Below, in pieces: positions 43,031-53,369 of a stretch of DNA of 64,000 nt; position 1 is the first letter of the stretch; each line of letters opens with the position of its first letter. Under the pieces are notes generated by a model. That model made no database searches. It saw only the letters and a program-made list of their open reading frames with translations, and was not told the origin of the DNA. A program made the position numbers and the translations under genes. Source of the stretch: Methanothermococcus thermolithotrophicus DSM 2095 (GTDB taxonomy: Archaea > AGJL01 > Methanococci > Methanococcales > Methanococcaceae); the NCBI RefSeq assembly GCF_946463545.1, contig NZ_OX296583.1, positions 1,432,902 to 1,496,901 on the forward strand. The letters are read 5' to 3'.

Positions 43031-44531
43031 TAAAGGAAATATTAAATGAAATAAATGCTATTGAGAGATTTTTAAAAAATCATAGGGAGTATTTAGGGGA
43101 GGAGTATGCCAAATATCAAACCACATTAAACGAGCTCAGGTTAAAAGTTAAACTAAAAGAAATCGAAAATAATGTAATGGATGCTTTAACATTGAAATCA
43201 GATGAAGAGTATTTAAAAGCAAGGGATCTCTTAAAAAAATCTTCTAACGATATTGATAAATTAGAGGATGAAATGATAAATTTAAAGATAAAAACATTTA
43301 ACAGTCAAATTACTAACTTAAAAAATCAAATAAATAATGAATTAAACTTCATAAAAAATTTGTTATTAGGTGAAGACTCCTCAATAAATGCGCCATATAA
43401 TTCCTCATCGGTTAATTCTTCAAATCCTATAAATCAATCATTTAGTGGAGAAAACGAATTATTGAATATACTAAATGAATTATTATCAAAATATCAAAAT
43501 CCTATAAAAATTGGGGAAGGGGGATTTTCCCATGTATTTAAAGTAATTAAAAATGGAAAGACAGTAGCCCTAAAAGTCCCGAAAGAATTAACTGAAATTA
43601 CTGGGGAGTTATTCCTTAGAGAAATAGGAAATTGGAAAAAATTAAAACATATCAACATTGTTCGACTTTATTATAGTAATATTTATCCATATCCATACGT
43701 GGAAATGGAATACTGTGAAAAGGAATTAAATAAAATAAAAAATAATTTAGAGTTAAAAGAAGCAGTTTTATTATTTTTTGAAGTGTTAAATGGACTGAAA
43801 TATGCACATAGTAAAGGGATAATTCATAAGGATTTAAAACCACACAACATTTTAATAAACAACAACATACCAAAAATTACAGATTGGGGACTATCAAAAG
43901 AAACTACTTCAAAATCCACAACTATAAACGCTTTAACTCTACAATACTCAGCACCAGAACAAATAAGCAGGGGAACAATCGATAAAAGGACGGACATTTA
44001 TCAAATGGGGGTAATCCTATACGAATTAACAACAAAAAACTACCGTTTAATGGTAATGAGTTTGACATAATCGATAGTATTAAAAACGAAATGCCGCCAA
44101 AACCATCGAAATTAAATCCTTTAATTGATGAGGAGTTGGAAAATATTATCTTAAAATGTATCCAAAAAGACAAATCCAAAAGATACCAATCAGTAGAAGA
44201 ATTGCAGAAGGATTTATCAGAATACCTAAACATACAACTTACAACTAACCTTACAGCTTCAAAAACAAATAAAGATTTTAGTAGAAGTATATTCTATTGT
44301 GCTGATTTGGTTTTATTCCACTTATTAAACAACGATTTAGGGGATGCTTTAAATTATCTCTACGATTTAAAACATTATGCAAATAAGAATTGCTCTGAGG
44401 AAATAATAAATTCCGTTGATAATCTAATAAAAGCTATCGAATATCGGATTAAAGAAGGGATAAAGGAGCCATCCGATGAGATAAAAATAAAGGCGAAAAT
44501 AGTAGTAAATAAGGTTAAGATGAGATTTTAG
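43027..44531 (+). CDS. Ser/Thr protein kinase with N-terminal coiled coil, interrupted by a frameshift in an A6 run (44034-44039)
   Basis: GEGGFSHVFKV, HKDLKPHNILI and DWGLSK motifs are present. Reading A7 instead of A6 fuses 43027-44070 to 44091-44531, giving ...ILYELTTKKLPFNG...KCIQKDKSKRYQSVEEL. Confidence 0.8.
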
Positions 44532-44539
44532 GGGGTAAT

Positions 44540-45430
44540 ATGGAAATAATAAACAAATTTCTAAAAAAAATTGGATATAAGAAAGATGGAGAAGAAAAAA
44601 AGGACAAATCTAAAACCAAAATAAAAATTGAAGAAGAAAAAACCATGGATATCGAAATTCCAAAAATTGAACCTACTGAAAATTTTAATCGTGATGAAAT
44701 TGTTTTTGAGGAAGATAATGCCTACGGTATATCCCACAAAGGAAATAGAACAAACAACGAAGACAATATCTTAATTAAAAAAATAAAAGATACCTACATA
44801 TTAGCAGTTGCAGATGGTGTCGGAGGGCACAGCTCAGGAGATGTTGCATCAAAGATGGCAGTGGATATTTTAGAAAACATTATCATGGAAAAATACAATG
44901 AAAACCTATCAATTGAAGAGATAAAAGAACTTTTAAAAGATGCATACATTACGGCACACAACAAAATAAAAGAAAACGCTATTGGAGATAAAGAGGGAAT
45001 GGGAACAACACTAACAACTGCAATAGTTAAAGGGGATAAATGCGTTATAGCAAACTGCGGGGATAGTAGGGCTTATTTAATTAGAGATGGAGAAATAGTT
45101 TTTAGAACAAAAGACCACTCTTTGGTTCAGGTTTTAGTAGATGAAGGACATATTTCAGAGGAGGACGCAAGGCATCATCCAATGAAAAATATCATTACCT
45201 CAGCATTGGGATTGGATGAATTTAAGGTAGATGATTACGAATGGGATTTAATTGATGGTGATGTATTATTGATGAGCTCCGATGGGCTTCATGATTATGT
45301 CAGTAAGGAAGATATTTTAAAAACTGTAAAAAATAATGATCACCCAAAAGATATTGTAGATGAATTATTCAATACTGCATTAAAAGAGACAAGGGACAAT
45401 GTGAGTATTATCGTATATAAAAAGCAATAA
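44540..45430 (+). CDS. PP2C-family Ser/Thr protein phosphatase
   Basis: ADGVGGH, GTTLT, CGDSRAY and SSDGLHD motifs are present. Confidence 0.85.
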   Translation: MEIINKFLKKIGYKKDGEEKKDKSKTKIKIEEEKTMDIEIPKIEPTENFNRDEIVFEEDNAYGISHKGNRTNNEDNILIKKIKDTYILAVADGVGGHSSGDVASKMAVDILENIIMEKYNENLSIEEIKELLKDAYITAHNKIKENAIGDKEGMGTTLTTAIVKGDKCVIANCGDSRAYLIRDGEIVFRTKDHSLVQVLVDEGHISEEDARHHPMKNIITSALGLDEFKVDDYEWDLIDGDVLLMSSDGLHDYVSKEDILKTVKNNDHPKDIVDELFNTALKETRDNVSIIVYKKQ

Positions 45431-45723
45431 GTAGTAAATACTTTGCTTACAGGATGTATGAAGAAGAAATGGTTGGAAAATGGCTGTTTATATTTTATTT
45501 AACAGAGCTCCAATATATACTGCATGAATAAGACGTTCTCTATCTCAGTGTATTATGTGGTTAGTGAGCTCACTTATTAAAAAATAATCTCGAGTTTCTA
45601 TTAAAGGAAATACAAAATCCATTATATCGATAGAGCTCTTATACTACAACTATACAATGGCGTAAGTTGGCTAAAAATAGTTTAGTAGATCCTTTTGCGA
45701 TTCTACCTTACTGTTTCAAGTAA

Positions 45724-46458
45724 CTACACCACATAATCTAAGAGCATTTTTCCTTTTTCACTTATTTTTATATATTTTGACCTTCCAATCTTTTCTGGCT
45801 CTTTTATTAATTCCCATTCTAAAAGTTTTTCAACAACATTCTTATTAATCCAAACTAAATCATTATGACTTGAAGATTTAGATGAAACCATGCTGTTCTT
45901 TCTCCATTTTATAACTTTTTCTAAATCTTCCTTAGTTATGCCTTTATCTTTATTATTAATCATCTCAGTTATAATTCTATTGTTGGATTCCCCCTTTAAA
46001 ACTTCCTCTTTTGTTAATAGGGTAAGTTCTTTTATAGTTAGCCCCCTGTCCCCTGATAGTTCAATAATCTTTAAAAATATTAATAATTCATCTCTTGGAA
46101 GATTCACTTTAAAAGGGTAGATAAATTTTACGTCTTTAACACCATATGTTCTTGGAAGGGAATTGATATGTTCATACTCATCCTTATATTTCTCTATTAA
46201 TACTTCTTTTTCCTCATCAGATAGATTTTCATAAAGATTTTCGGGAATTACATAATATGGAATTATTTTCGAATTGTCCTTATTTAATACCATAGCACAG
46301 GTCATTCCTGCAATACACCCAATTGTAGAGCCAGATGATACGTTAATATAAAATTTAACATCTCCAAAAGATTCTCTTTCACTTACGATGATGGATTTCA
46401 TCTTTTGAATATTTCTTCCAAATTGTTGTAAATTGTAATAAGGGGCAGTTTCCTTCAA
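45724..46458 (-). CDS. Putative winged-helix transcriptional regulator (Csa3-like architecture?)
   Basis: The C-terminal ~60 aa resemble a winged helix-turn-helix (...RSKYIKISEKGKMLLDY). The N-terminal domain has a Rossmann-like pattern. Confidence 0.3.
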   Translation of the reverse strand: MKETAPYYNLQQFGRNIQKMKSIIVSERESFGDVKFYINVSSGSTIGCIAGMTCAMVLNKDNSKIIPYYVIPENLYENLSDEEKEVLIEKYKDEYEHINSLPRTYGVKDVKFIYPFKVNLPRDELLIFLKIIELSGDRGLTIKELTLLTKEEVLKGESNNRIITEMINNKDKGITKEDLEKVIKWRKNSMVSSKSSSHNDLVWINKNVVEKLLEWELIKEPEKIGRSKYIKISEKGKMLLDYVV

Positions 46459-46475
46459 ATAATTTAGATAAGAAT

Positions 46476-47299
46476 ATGATTGAGTATGATGACATTTACG
46501 GCATCAGATTATCCAAATTATATGGAATTAAAAACAATTATCACGATATATTTGATAACTGGAAAGTAGACCTTGTAAAATCGGCTATTGTAAAAAACAA
46601 CGATGAAGAAAGAAGATTAATGTTTGTTGCAATCACTCGGGCAAAGCAGTATGTATTTTTCACGTCCCACAATCCATCGGAGTTTTTTAATGGACTTTTG
46701 AAGAATATGGTAATGGTGTTGAAGAAATTGAAGAAGTTGAAATAAAACCTGCTGAACAATTTAATGAATCTTATGAAAAAATAGATATAAAGCTTCCAGA
46801 ATGTGAAAAAACTAAAACTGTTCTTGCTGTGCATGATATTATGAGGTATAAACCGTCTGCAAGTGAAAAAGGAAAGGCGGGAAAAGGTGTTGAATTTGGA
46901 AAGTATATTCACCATGTTGCTGAGCAAATAGCTCTTGGAAGGGAAGTTAAAGAAGATGTTGAAGAAGTTAAACGAATAAAAAAATTCATTTCAGAACTTA
47001 ACGCAAATGAGTTATTAACTGAAATTGAATGCTCCCTTCCATTAGGTGATTACATAATTAGGGGAGTTATTGATTTAATAGCAATATATGATGATAGGAT
47101 TGAAATAATTGATTATAAAACAGATGTTTCCAAAAATAACCATTTTGAATATGTTAAACAACTATCAATATATTATCATGCTGTTAAGGAATACTATAAT
47201 AAAAAAACTGTATGTAAAATATACTATGTGAGCTCCGATGAAGTTGTTGAAGTTGAGCCATTGGATTTGGAGTCTATCATAAAAGAACTTAAAAAATAA
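46476..47299 (+). pseudogene. Remnant of a UvrD-family helicase with C-terminal RecB-like PD-(D/E)xK nuclease (5'-truncated, frameshifted)
   Basis: Helicase motif VI LMFVAITRAKQYVFF is present. The nuclease motifs GVIDLIAIYDD, EIIDYKTD and QLSIYYHA lie in another frame. Confidence 0.55.
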
Positions 47300-48131
47300 C
47301 CAACTTCGTTGTTATTTTTAATGTTGGTATTGGCATAATAATGGTTTTTATAATGCAGTTGGAAGTTAAGGCATATTCTAAATTTCTGATAAAATAGTAA
47401 ATTGAAATGCATCATACGGACCTATTGAAAACTAAACAAATATTTAAATTTATCATAAAATTGTTTATATAATTTTATCCATATAATAATTCAAATTATC
47501 ATAATTATAATTATTACAACTCCATTTCCAAAATAATATTGTTCTAACTTTTCATCCTACATAGCGAATAATTAGTTAATGTTTCACTTTATATGGTGAA
47601 GGTTATTTAAATAGTGCTATTACGTGGGCGTTGGCAGGAGCTCACCACATAATAATTCCATAATTATATGATTAAGTAATATTTTTAAATGACACAACCA
47701 ATATTATTTATACCACTTCATATAAATGATAATTTAAATTATCATAATCACAATTATCATAATAAAAAGTGATACTATGTTTGTAGATAGAGAGCATGAA
47801 CTCACATCAATTGAAGAAAAATTAAACAGCAAATTGTTTTGAATTTACTTTAAATATATTTTTCTAAATTTATCTGCGATTGAGAAAAGATTATAATATA
47901 TTCTAGATAAAAAGGGATTATAATTAATATTCAGGTATGATTTTGATTTATAATTGCATAATTATATCATTGTAATTATCCAATCAATATGATTGAATTT
48001 TAGGAGCTATATAATTTAAAAAATGTATAATTGTATATCATTTAGTTCATATTTTATGAAATAAAATTCAATAATAGAAAATTTTATATACTATATTATG
48101 AACAAATAATTATGTATATGGAGGTGAAATC

Positions 48132-49652
48132 TTGAAAAAAGCAATAGGCATATTAGGTGTAATATTCACAATATTCATATTGCTGGCATCTCAGGCGAGT
48201 GCAGCAAAAAGTAATGCAGAATCAGCATCAGCATTTAAGTCAAATGGAGTTAAAAATGTAATAATCTTGATAGGGGATGGAATGGGATTCAGTCAGTTGA
48301 AACTAACTAAGCAGTGTTATGGTCATTTAAGTATGGAAGATATTCCATCCACAGGTTTTGAGCTCACCGACTCATTAAGTGGTGAGGTTACAGATTCAGC
48401 AGCAGCTGGAACAGCAATTGCCACAGGATTTAAAACTTACAATGGGATGATTTCAACAATAAAAAAAGGCGAAATTAAAAATGTGACAACATTATTGGAA
48501 TTGGCAGAACTATGCAATAAATCCACAGGATTGGTATCAACAGCAAGAATTACCCATGCAACTCCTGCGGTATTTGCTTCCCATGTTGAAGATAGGGACA
48601 TGGAAAAAGAAATATCTAAACAGCTAATAGAGCACAAAGTAAATGTAATGTTTGGTGGCGGTAAAAAAGAATTTGACAGCGATACCTTGAATATGGCAAA
48701 AAATTATGGATATAATATTGTTTATGATAAAAAAGGATTAGAATCAGCAAATGGAAATTATATATTGGGATTGTTCTCAGATAGTCATATACCTTATGTA
48801 TTGGATAGAGATGAAAATACACCAGGATTATTAGATATGACTAAAAAAGCAGTAGATTTATTAGAAAAAGACAATGATGGATTCTTTTTAATGATCGAAG
48901 CTGGAAGAATTGACCATGCAAGCCATGCCAATGATATTGCGTCAGTGGTGGCTGAAACAAAAGAATTTGATGATGTTGTAAATTACTGCTTAGATTATGC
49001 AAGGAAAAACAAAGATACTTTGGTTATTGTTCTTGCCGACCATGAAACTGGTGGACTGGCTGTGGGGACAGGATACGGTAATCCAGTGAATGAAGAAAAA
49101 ATATTAAACATAAAAGCAAGCACCGACAAAATGGCAAAAGAAATAAAAAGCGGAAAGGACCCGAAAGAAGTTTTAAAAGAATACGCAGGAATAACATTAA
49201 CCGATGATGAAGTTAAATTGATAAATGATGCTAGGAGCTCCGATAACAAGTATGCCCTTGGAAATACCATAGCAGAAATCATTGATGAAAAGGTTGGAGT
49301 TGGATTTGTATCCCACAAACACACCGGAGCTCCTGTGCCATTAATGGTGTATGGAAAAGGTTCTGAGAATTTTAGGGGATTTTTACACCATGTAGATACA
49401 AGTAAGGAGACGGCAAAATTGATGTTGTTTGGAAATACCAACAAATACATAAAGAACTACGGCGTAAGCAGTTTAAAAGGAGATGCAAATGGTGATTTTG
49501 TAATCAACAAAGATGACGCATACGTTACATTAATGTCCTATGTTGGGGAAGAAGTTGATACACAGAATGAAGAAAAATTAGATATGGATAATAATGGATT
49601 GATTGATTACATGGATGTTGCCATTATAATGAATAAGGCGGAATCCTACTAA
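48132..49652 (+). CDS. phoA: Alkaline phosphatase (PhoA family) with signal peptide and C-terminal dockerin-like repeats
   Basis: Active-site VTDSAAAGTA. TTG start with GGAGGTGA ribosome-binding site. The C-terminus has two DxNxDGxI-type repeats (DANGDFVINKDDA and DMDNNGLIDYMDV). Confidence 0.85.
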   Translation: MKKAIGILGVIFTIFILLASQASAAKSNAESASAFKSNGVKNVIILIGDGMGFSQLKLTKQCYGHLSMEDIPSTGFELTDSLSGEVTDSAAAGTAIATGFKTYNGMISTIKKGEIKNVTTLLELAELCNKSTGLVSTARITHATPAVFASHVEDRDMEKEISKQLIEHKVNVMFGGGKKEFDSDTLNMAKNYGYNIVYDKKGLESANGNYILGLFSDSHIPYVLDRDENTPGLLDMTKKAVDLLEKDNDGFFLMIEAGRIDHASHANDIASVVAETKEFDDVVNYCLDYARKNKDTLVIVLADHETGGLAVGTGYGNPVNEEKILNIKASTDKMAKEIKSGKDPKEVLKEYAGITLTDDEVKLINDARSSDNKYALGNTIAEIIDEKVGVGFVSHKHTGAPVPLMVYGKGSENFRGFLHHVDTSKETAKLMLFGNTNKYIKNYGVSSLKGDANGDFVINKDDAYVTLMSYVGEEVDTQNEEKLDMDNNGLIDYMDVAIIMNKAESY

Positions 49653-49725
49653 GTAGTTTAAATTCAAACCATCTATTATTGTTATTATTTTATTTTTTCC
49701 TTGTATTTAAGAGATTTTGATTATT

Positions 49726-50862
49726 TTAGTTTATGGTTATATTGTATTTTGAAACCTCATCAAAATATCCCAAAATTGATAGATATCCATTATTGTTTTC
49801 ATCATTTTGTACATATTTATCACCATAATATCTTTGATGAGGATAATTGGAGATACCATAATAATATATTTTAACCTTGAATTTTTCCCCATTATTTATG
49901 TTTTCAAGGTTTTTTACGCCGTACCCTATCAATGTGTTGTTTTCATTGTAAAAATTTACTTTTATGTAGATTTGCGTATTATCATCTGCGATATTCTCTC
50001 CAATTAACTCCACATAAGGTCTTCCATTGTCTGACATTAGTTTTTGACTGATTATTTTAGTATCATTTTGATGACTAATCATAGGATAATAATCTATACC
50101 AAAAATAGGGAATAACTTGCATTTTGAAATTGTGTAGTTGTTATACACCCAATCGTTGTTGTTGGTTTTAAACTTGAATGTCTCATTTGGTTCTATATTG
50201 TACAAATGAACCCTATTTTGACTTATTAATATGTTATTTTTATCATAATATTTTATAAAAACATATCCATCAACATATTTATTATTGGTATTTTCGCCTA
50301 TAACTTCGATAATCTGGCTGTTGTTGTGTTTTAAAATATTGTATCTAATTTTAACAGGTACTCCGTGGTTTCCATTTTCATTGTAAAATAGCGTATCTTT
50401 ATAACATTTTACCGATAAATTAACTGTTGATACGGAATCAACATAGTTTGAAGGACATTTTATTTTTGCTTTAAATGTTTCGCCCGGATTTATATTATCA
50501 AATTTTTCTTTGAAACTACCTATTACATAGCCATCTGAATCATACAATTTGGCATAGATAACACAATTACCTGAGATATTTCCAATATTTTTACCAATTA
50601 CCTCTATGTATGCGTTGTTGTGGTTATTATTGTTGTTATTCCCCTTATCACCATTGTTTTCAAATATTAACTTATAATTAACTATCTGAATTAGGTTTTG
50701 CTCCTCCATCATATCTTCAAATGGTATTGCATTTCTAGGGTCATTGATGGAGCTCCATACAAAATAAATAGATGATGCTATTATGATTATCAGTACAATA
50801 TTTATCAAAATCGATATACTTAGAAGTATATTTTTACCATTCATACATACATCCCTTTGCAA
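49726..50862 (-). CDS. Membrane-anchored N/Y-rich protein with three tandem ~90-aa beta-rich repeats
   Basis: N-terminal transmembrane helix. Three repeats begin YIEVIGKNIG..., IIEVIGENTNNKY... and YVELIGENIADDN... Confidence 0.4.
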   Translation of the reverse strand: MQRDVCMNGKNILLSISILINIVLIIIIASSIYFVWSSINDPRNAIPFEDMMEEQNLIQIVNYKLIFENNGDKGNNNNNNHNNAYIEVIGKNIGNISGNCVIYAKLYDSDGYVIGSFKEKFDNINPGETFKAKIKCPSNYVDSVSTVNLSVKCYKDTLFYNENGNHGVPVKIRYNILKHNNSQIIEVIGENTNNKYVDGYVFIKYYDKNNILISQNRVHLYNIEPNETFKFKTNNNDWVYNNYTISKCKLFPIFGIDYYPMISHQNDTKIISQKLMSDNGRPYVELIGENIADDNTQIYIKVNFYNENNTLIGYGVKNLENINNGEKFKVKIYYYGISNYPHQRYYGDKYVQNDENNNGYLSILGYFDEVSKYNITIN

Positions 50863-51586
50863 AATTAGAATTATGTTAATAAATTATCTATATCGACAAC
50901 ATTGTATATAGTCAATTGATACTATTTGAAACAAATGAAACCAATTGCATGACCTAATAGATATTAATAACAATTTTTTTCTCAATCGATATTATGGTGA
51001 GGTTATGAGACATGTTAAAAAGACGATATTGGTGTTGGGGGTTATGGTATTATTATCTTCAGTATATGCAGATACTGCCCCAAAAGTAGTTAAAGCATAC
51101 CTTGGAGTAGATACTAAAGGGTAATTTTTAATATTATTATATTTCCACAATAGTTTTCTTTGATTATTTAGTAAATTATTAGTTAGTAAATAAATATATT
51201 CTAGCGTGGGTCATATTTCCTATTATTTAAATAAAATTATACCATTTTACTATCTATGTATATAACTAAAACTTAAAAATCATAAGGAACTTATAAGTAA
51301 TTTGGATTTTGACCCCACTAATAATATTCTTCTAAAATCAAGTAGAAAACATTATATATTAGTGTTAGTATTACTCACTTAATTAAACATAATAATTATG
51401 ATATTCCAAAACTAGATATTTTTATCAACACTATATATTTATATATTTAAAATTATTTAAAATATATTAAGATTAATTAATATATCGAAAAGTTTAAATA
51501 TAATAATTTCTATTTAATATATTTGTGAATATCAATCTAAAATTAAATAGTCAAATAAATATTATAAAATAAAAAAAGGTGAATTA

Positions 51587-51958
51587 ATGAAAGATTTGCC
51601 TGTAATTGGGAAAGACCCTTTGGGAAGGACAATAAAAGATTTTACAGTAATGCCTTGGTGGGGTGTAGATAGAAAAAATATAGAATGGTATCCAAAAATA
51701 GACTACGATGCATGCACAGGCTGTGGTATATGCTATATTACATGCGGAAACAGAGTAGTATTTGATTGGGACAAAGAAATGAAAAAACCTGTTGTTGCAA
51801 GACCATACAACTGTGTAGTTTCATGCACCACATGCGGTAATCTATGCCCTCATGATGCATTAATATTCCCAGATAGGGAATATATGCATGAAGTTATTAT
51901 CAAAGAAAAAATTCTTAAAAAAGCTGCCAATAAATTAAAAGAACATGATTTAATATAA
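51587..51958 (+). CDS. 2x[4Fe-4S] ferredoxin-domain protein
   Basis: CTGCGICYITCG and CTTCGNLCPHD motifs are present. Confidence 0.65.
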   Translation: MKDLPVIGKDPLGRTIKDFTVMPWWGVDRKNIEWYPKIDYDACTGCGICYITCGNRVVFDWDKEMKKPVVARPYNCVVSCTTCGNLCPHDALIFPDREYMHEVIIKEKILKKAANKLKEHDLI

Positions 51959-51996
51959 AATAATATAAATTCTTTTATTTTTTACAATATAAAATT

Positions 51997-52614
51997 TTGG
52001 TGAGTTCTATGAAAGAAATGATGTGTGAGATGATGAAAAATATGAAACCTGAATTTATGATGGAAATGATGGATGAAATGATAGATTCAAATATGGCAGA
52101 AAATTTTGCACCTAAGATGATGCCTAAATGTCTAAATAATTTTTTATCAAAGATACCTGAAAAAGAAAGAGAGGAGTTAATAAAAAAAATCGTTGATATT
52201 ATAACATCCAAATACTACGATGAAGGCATAAATTCAACCTTTGTAAAAGAATTTGAAACTGATGTAAATATCAAAGGATTAAAGATAGCATCAAAAGGGG
52301 GAAAAGGTTCAGTGGGGGACAAAATTAATCCTATGGATTTATTTTTATCCGGATTATGCGGTTGCACAGCCATTGCAGTGGGGAGGACCTTGGAGGAGCT
52401 CAGTATTAAGGGAACAGTTAAGGTAGATGGTTCTGTTAAAAAAAGTTTTGAAAAAGGATGTATTGAACAAATTACATTGAACATCCATGTAAAAATTGAA
52501 GATAGCAGTAAGTCAGAAGAGGAGCTCACCAACATAATATTGGAAGGTTCAAAGAAATGTTTAATAAGCAACTCGTTAAAATGTGAGCTCATAAAAAATG
52601 TCATATTTGAATAG
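51997..52614 (+). CDS. OsmC/Ohr-family protein with Met-rich N-terminal extension
   Basis: C-terminal PMDLFLSGLCGCTAIAV matches the OsmC core. The first 45 aa contain 14 Met in MxxMM-type spacing. Confidence 0.65.
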   Translation: MVSSMKEMMCEMMKNMKPEFMMEMMDEMIDSNMAENFAPKMMPKCLNNFLSKIPEKEREELIKKIVDIITSKYYDEGINSTFVKEFETDVNIKGLKIASKGGKGSVGDKINPMDLFLSGLCGCTAIAVGRTLEELSIKGTVKVDGSVKKSFEKGCIEQITLNIHVKIEDSSKSEEELTNIILEGSKKCLISNSLKCELIKNVIFE

Positions 52615-52638
52615 GAAAAATATAAAAAAGGTATAAAT

Positions 52639-53328
52639 ATGGCAAAAATATTAGTAATAACCGATGGAGCATATGGATATAGGATTCAAGGAACTGTAAA
52701 TTCATTTGGAAAGAAAAATGAGTTTATAGGAATATGCAAAATAGATAAACCCACAGATTTTATTATTGATGAAATAGAACTGCCCAAAGAAGTAATAGAT
52801 AAATTCAAAGAAGCAGATGTTCTATTGTTATATACTCAGCATCCAGACAATACATACGAAATTTGCAGAAAAGCCAAGAAAGAAAATCCTGATGTTGCCA
52901 TAATCGTTGCTACATGGAGTGGAGAGGGACAGAAAAAAGAATTGAGCAAATTTGATGCCATATGCCCAGATGAGATGTGCTTATTAGATGAAAAGGATGT
53001 GGAAGATTTAATAAATAAATATCCAAAGTTAAAAGAATTTTTAGAAGAATTCGGAACTCCAAAGGTTGAAATTTATATAAAAGATGATAAAGTTGAAGAT
53101 GTTAAAGTCATTAGGAGCTCCATATGTGGGAGCACATTGTTTATGGTTAAATCTATGAAAGGACTTGATGCAAAAGATAAAGAGGAATTAAGCAGAAAAT
53201 CGGCAATGATGATTCAAAGATATCCCTGTGTAGCTGGAAAAATAAAAATATTTAGAAAAGAGTGCAAAAAACAGAAAGCTTTGGAAGTTCATAAAGATGC
53301 TGTATTCAACGGTATAAAAACCGAATAG
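52639..53328 (+). CDS. Hypothetical protein
   Basis: ORF with a good start context. No motif recognised. Confidence 0.3.
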   Translation: MAKILVITDGAYGYRIQGTVNSFGKKNEFIGICKIDKPTDFIIDEIELPKEVIDKFKEADVLLLYTQHPDNTYEICRKAKKENPDVAIIVATWSGEGQKKELSKFDAICPDEMCLLDEKDVEDLINKYPKLKEFLEEFGTPKVEIYIKDDKVEDVKVIRSSICGSTLFMVKSMKGLDAKDKEELSRKSAMMIQRYPCVAGKIKIFRKECKKQKALEVHKDAVFNGIKTE

Positions 53329-53369
53329 GTTTTATAATTTTAATTATTTTTATTTAATTTATTTTTTAT

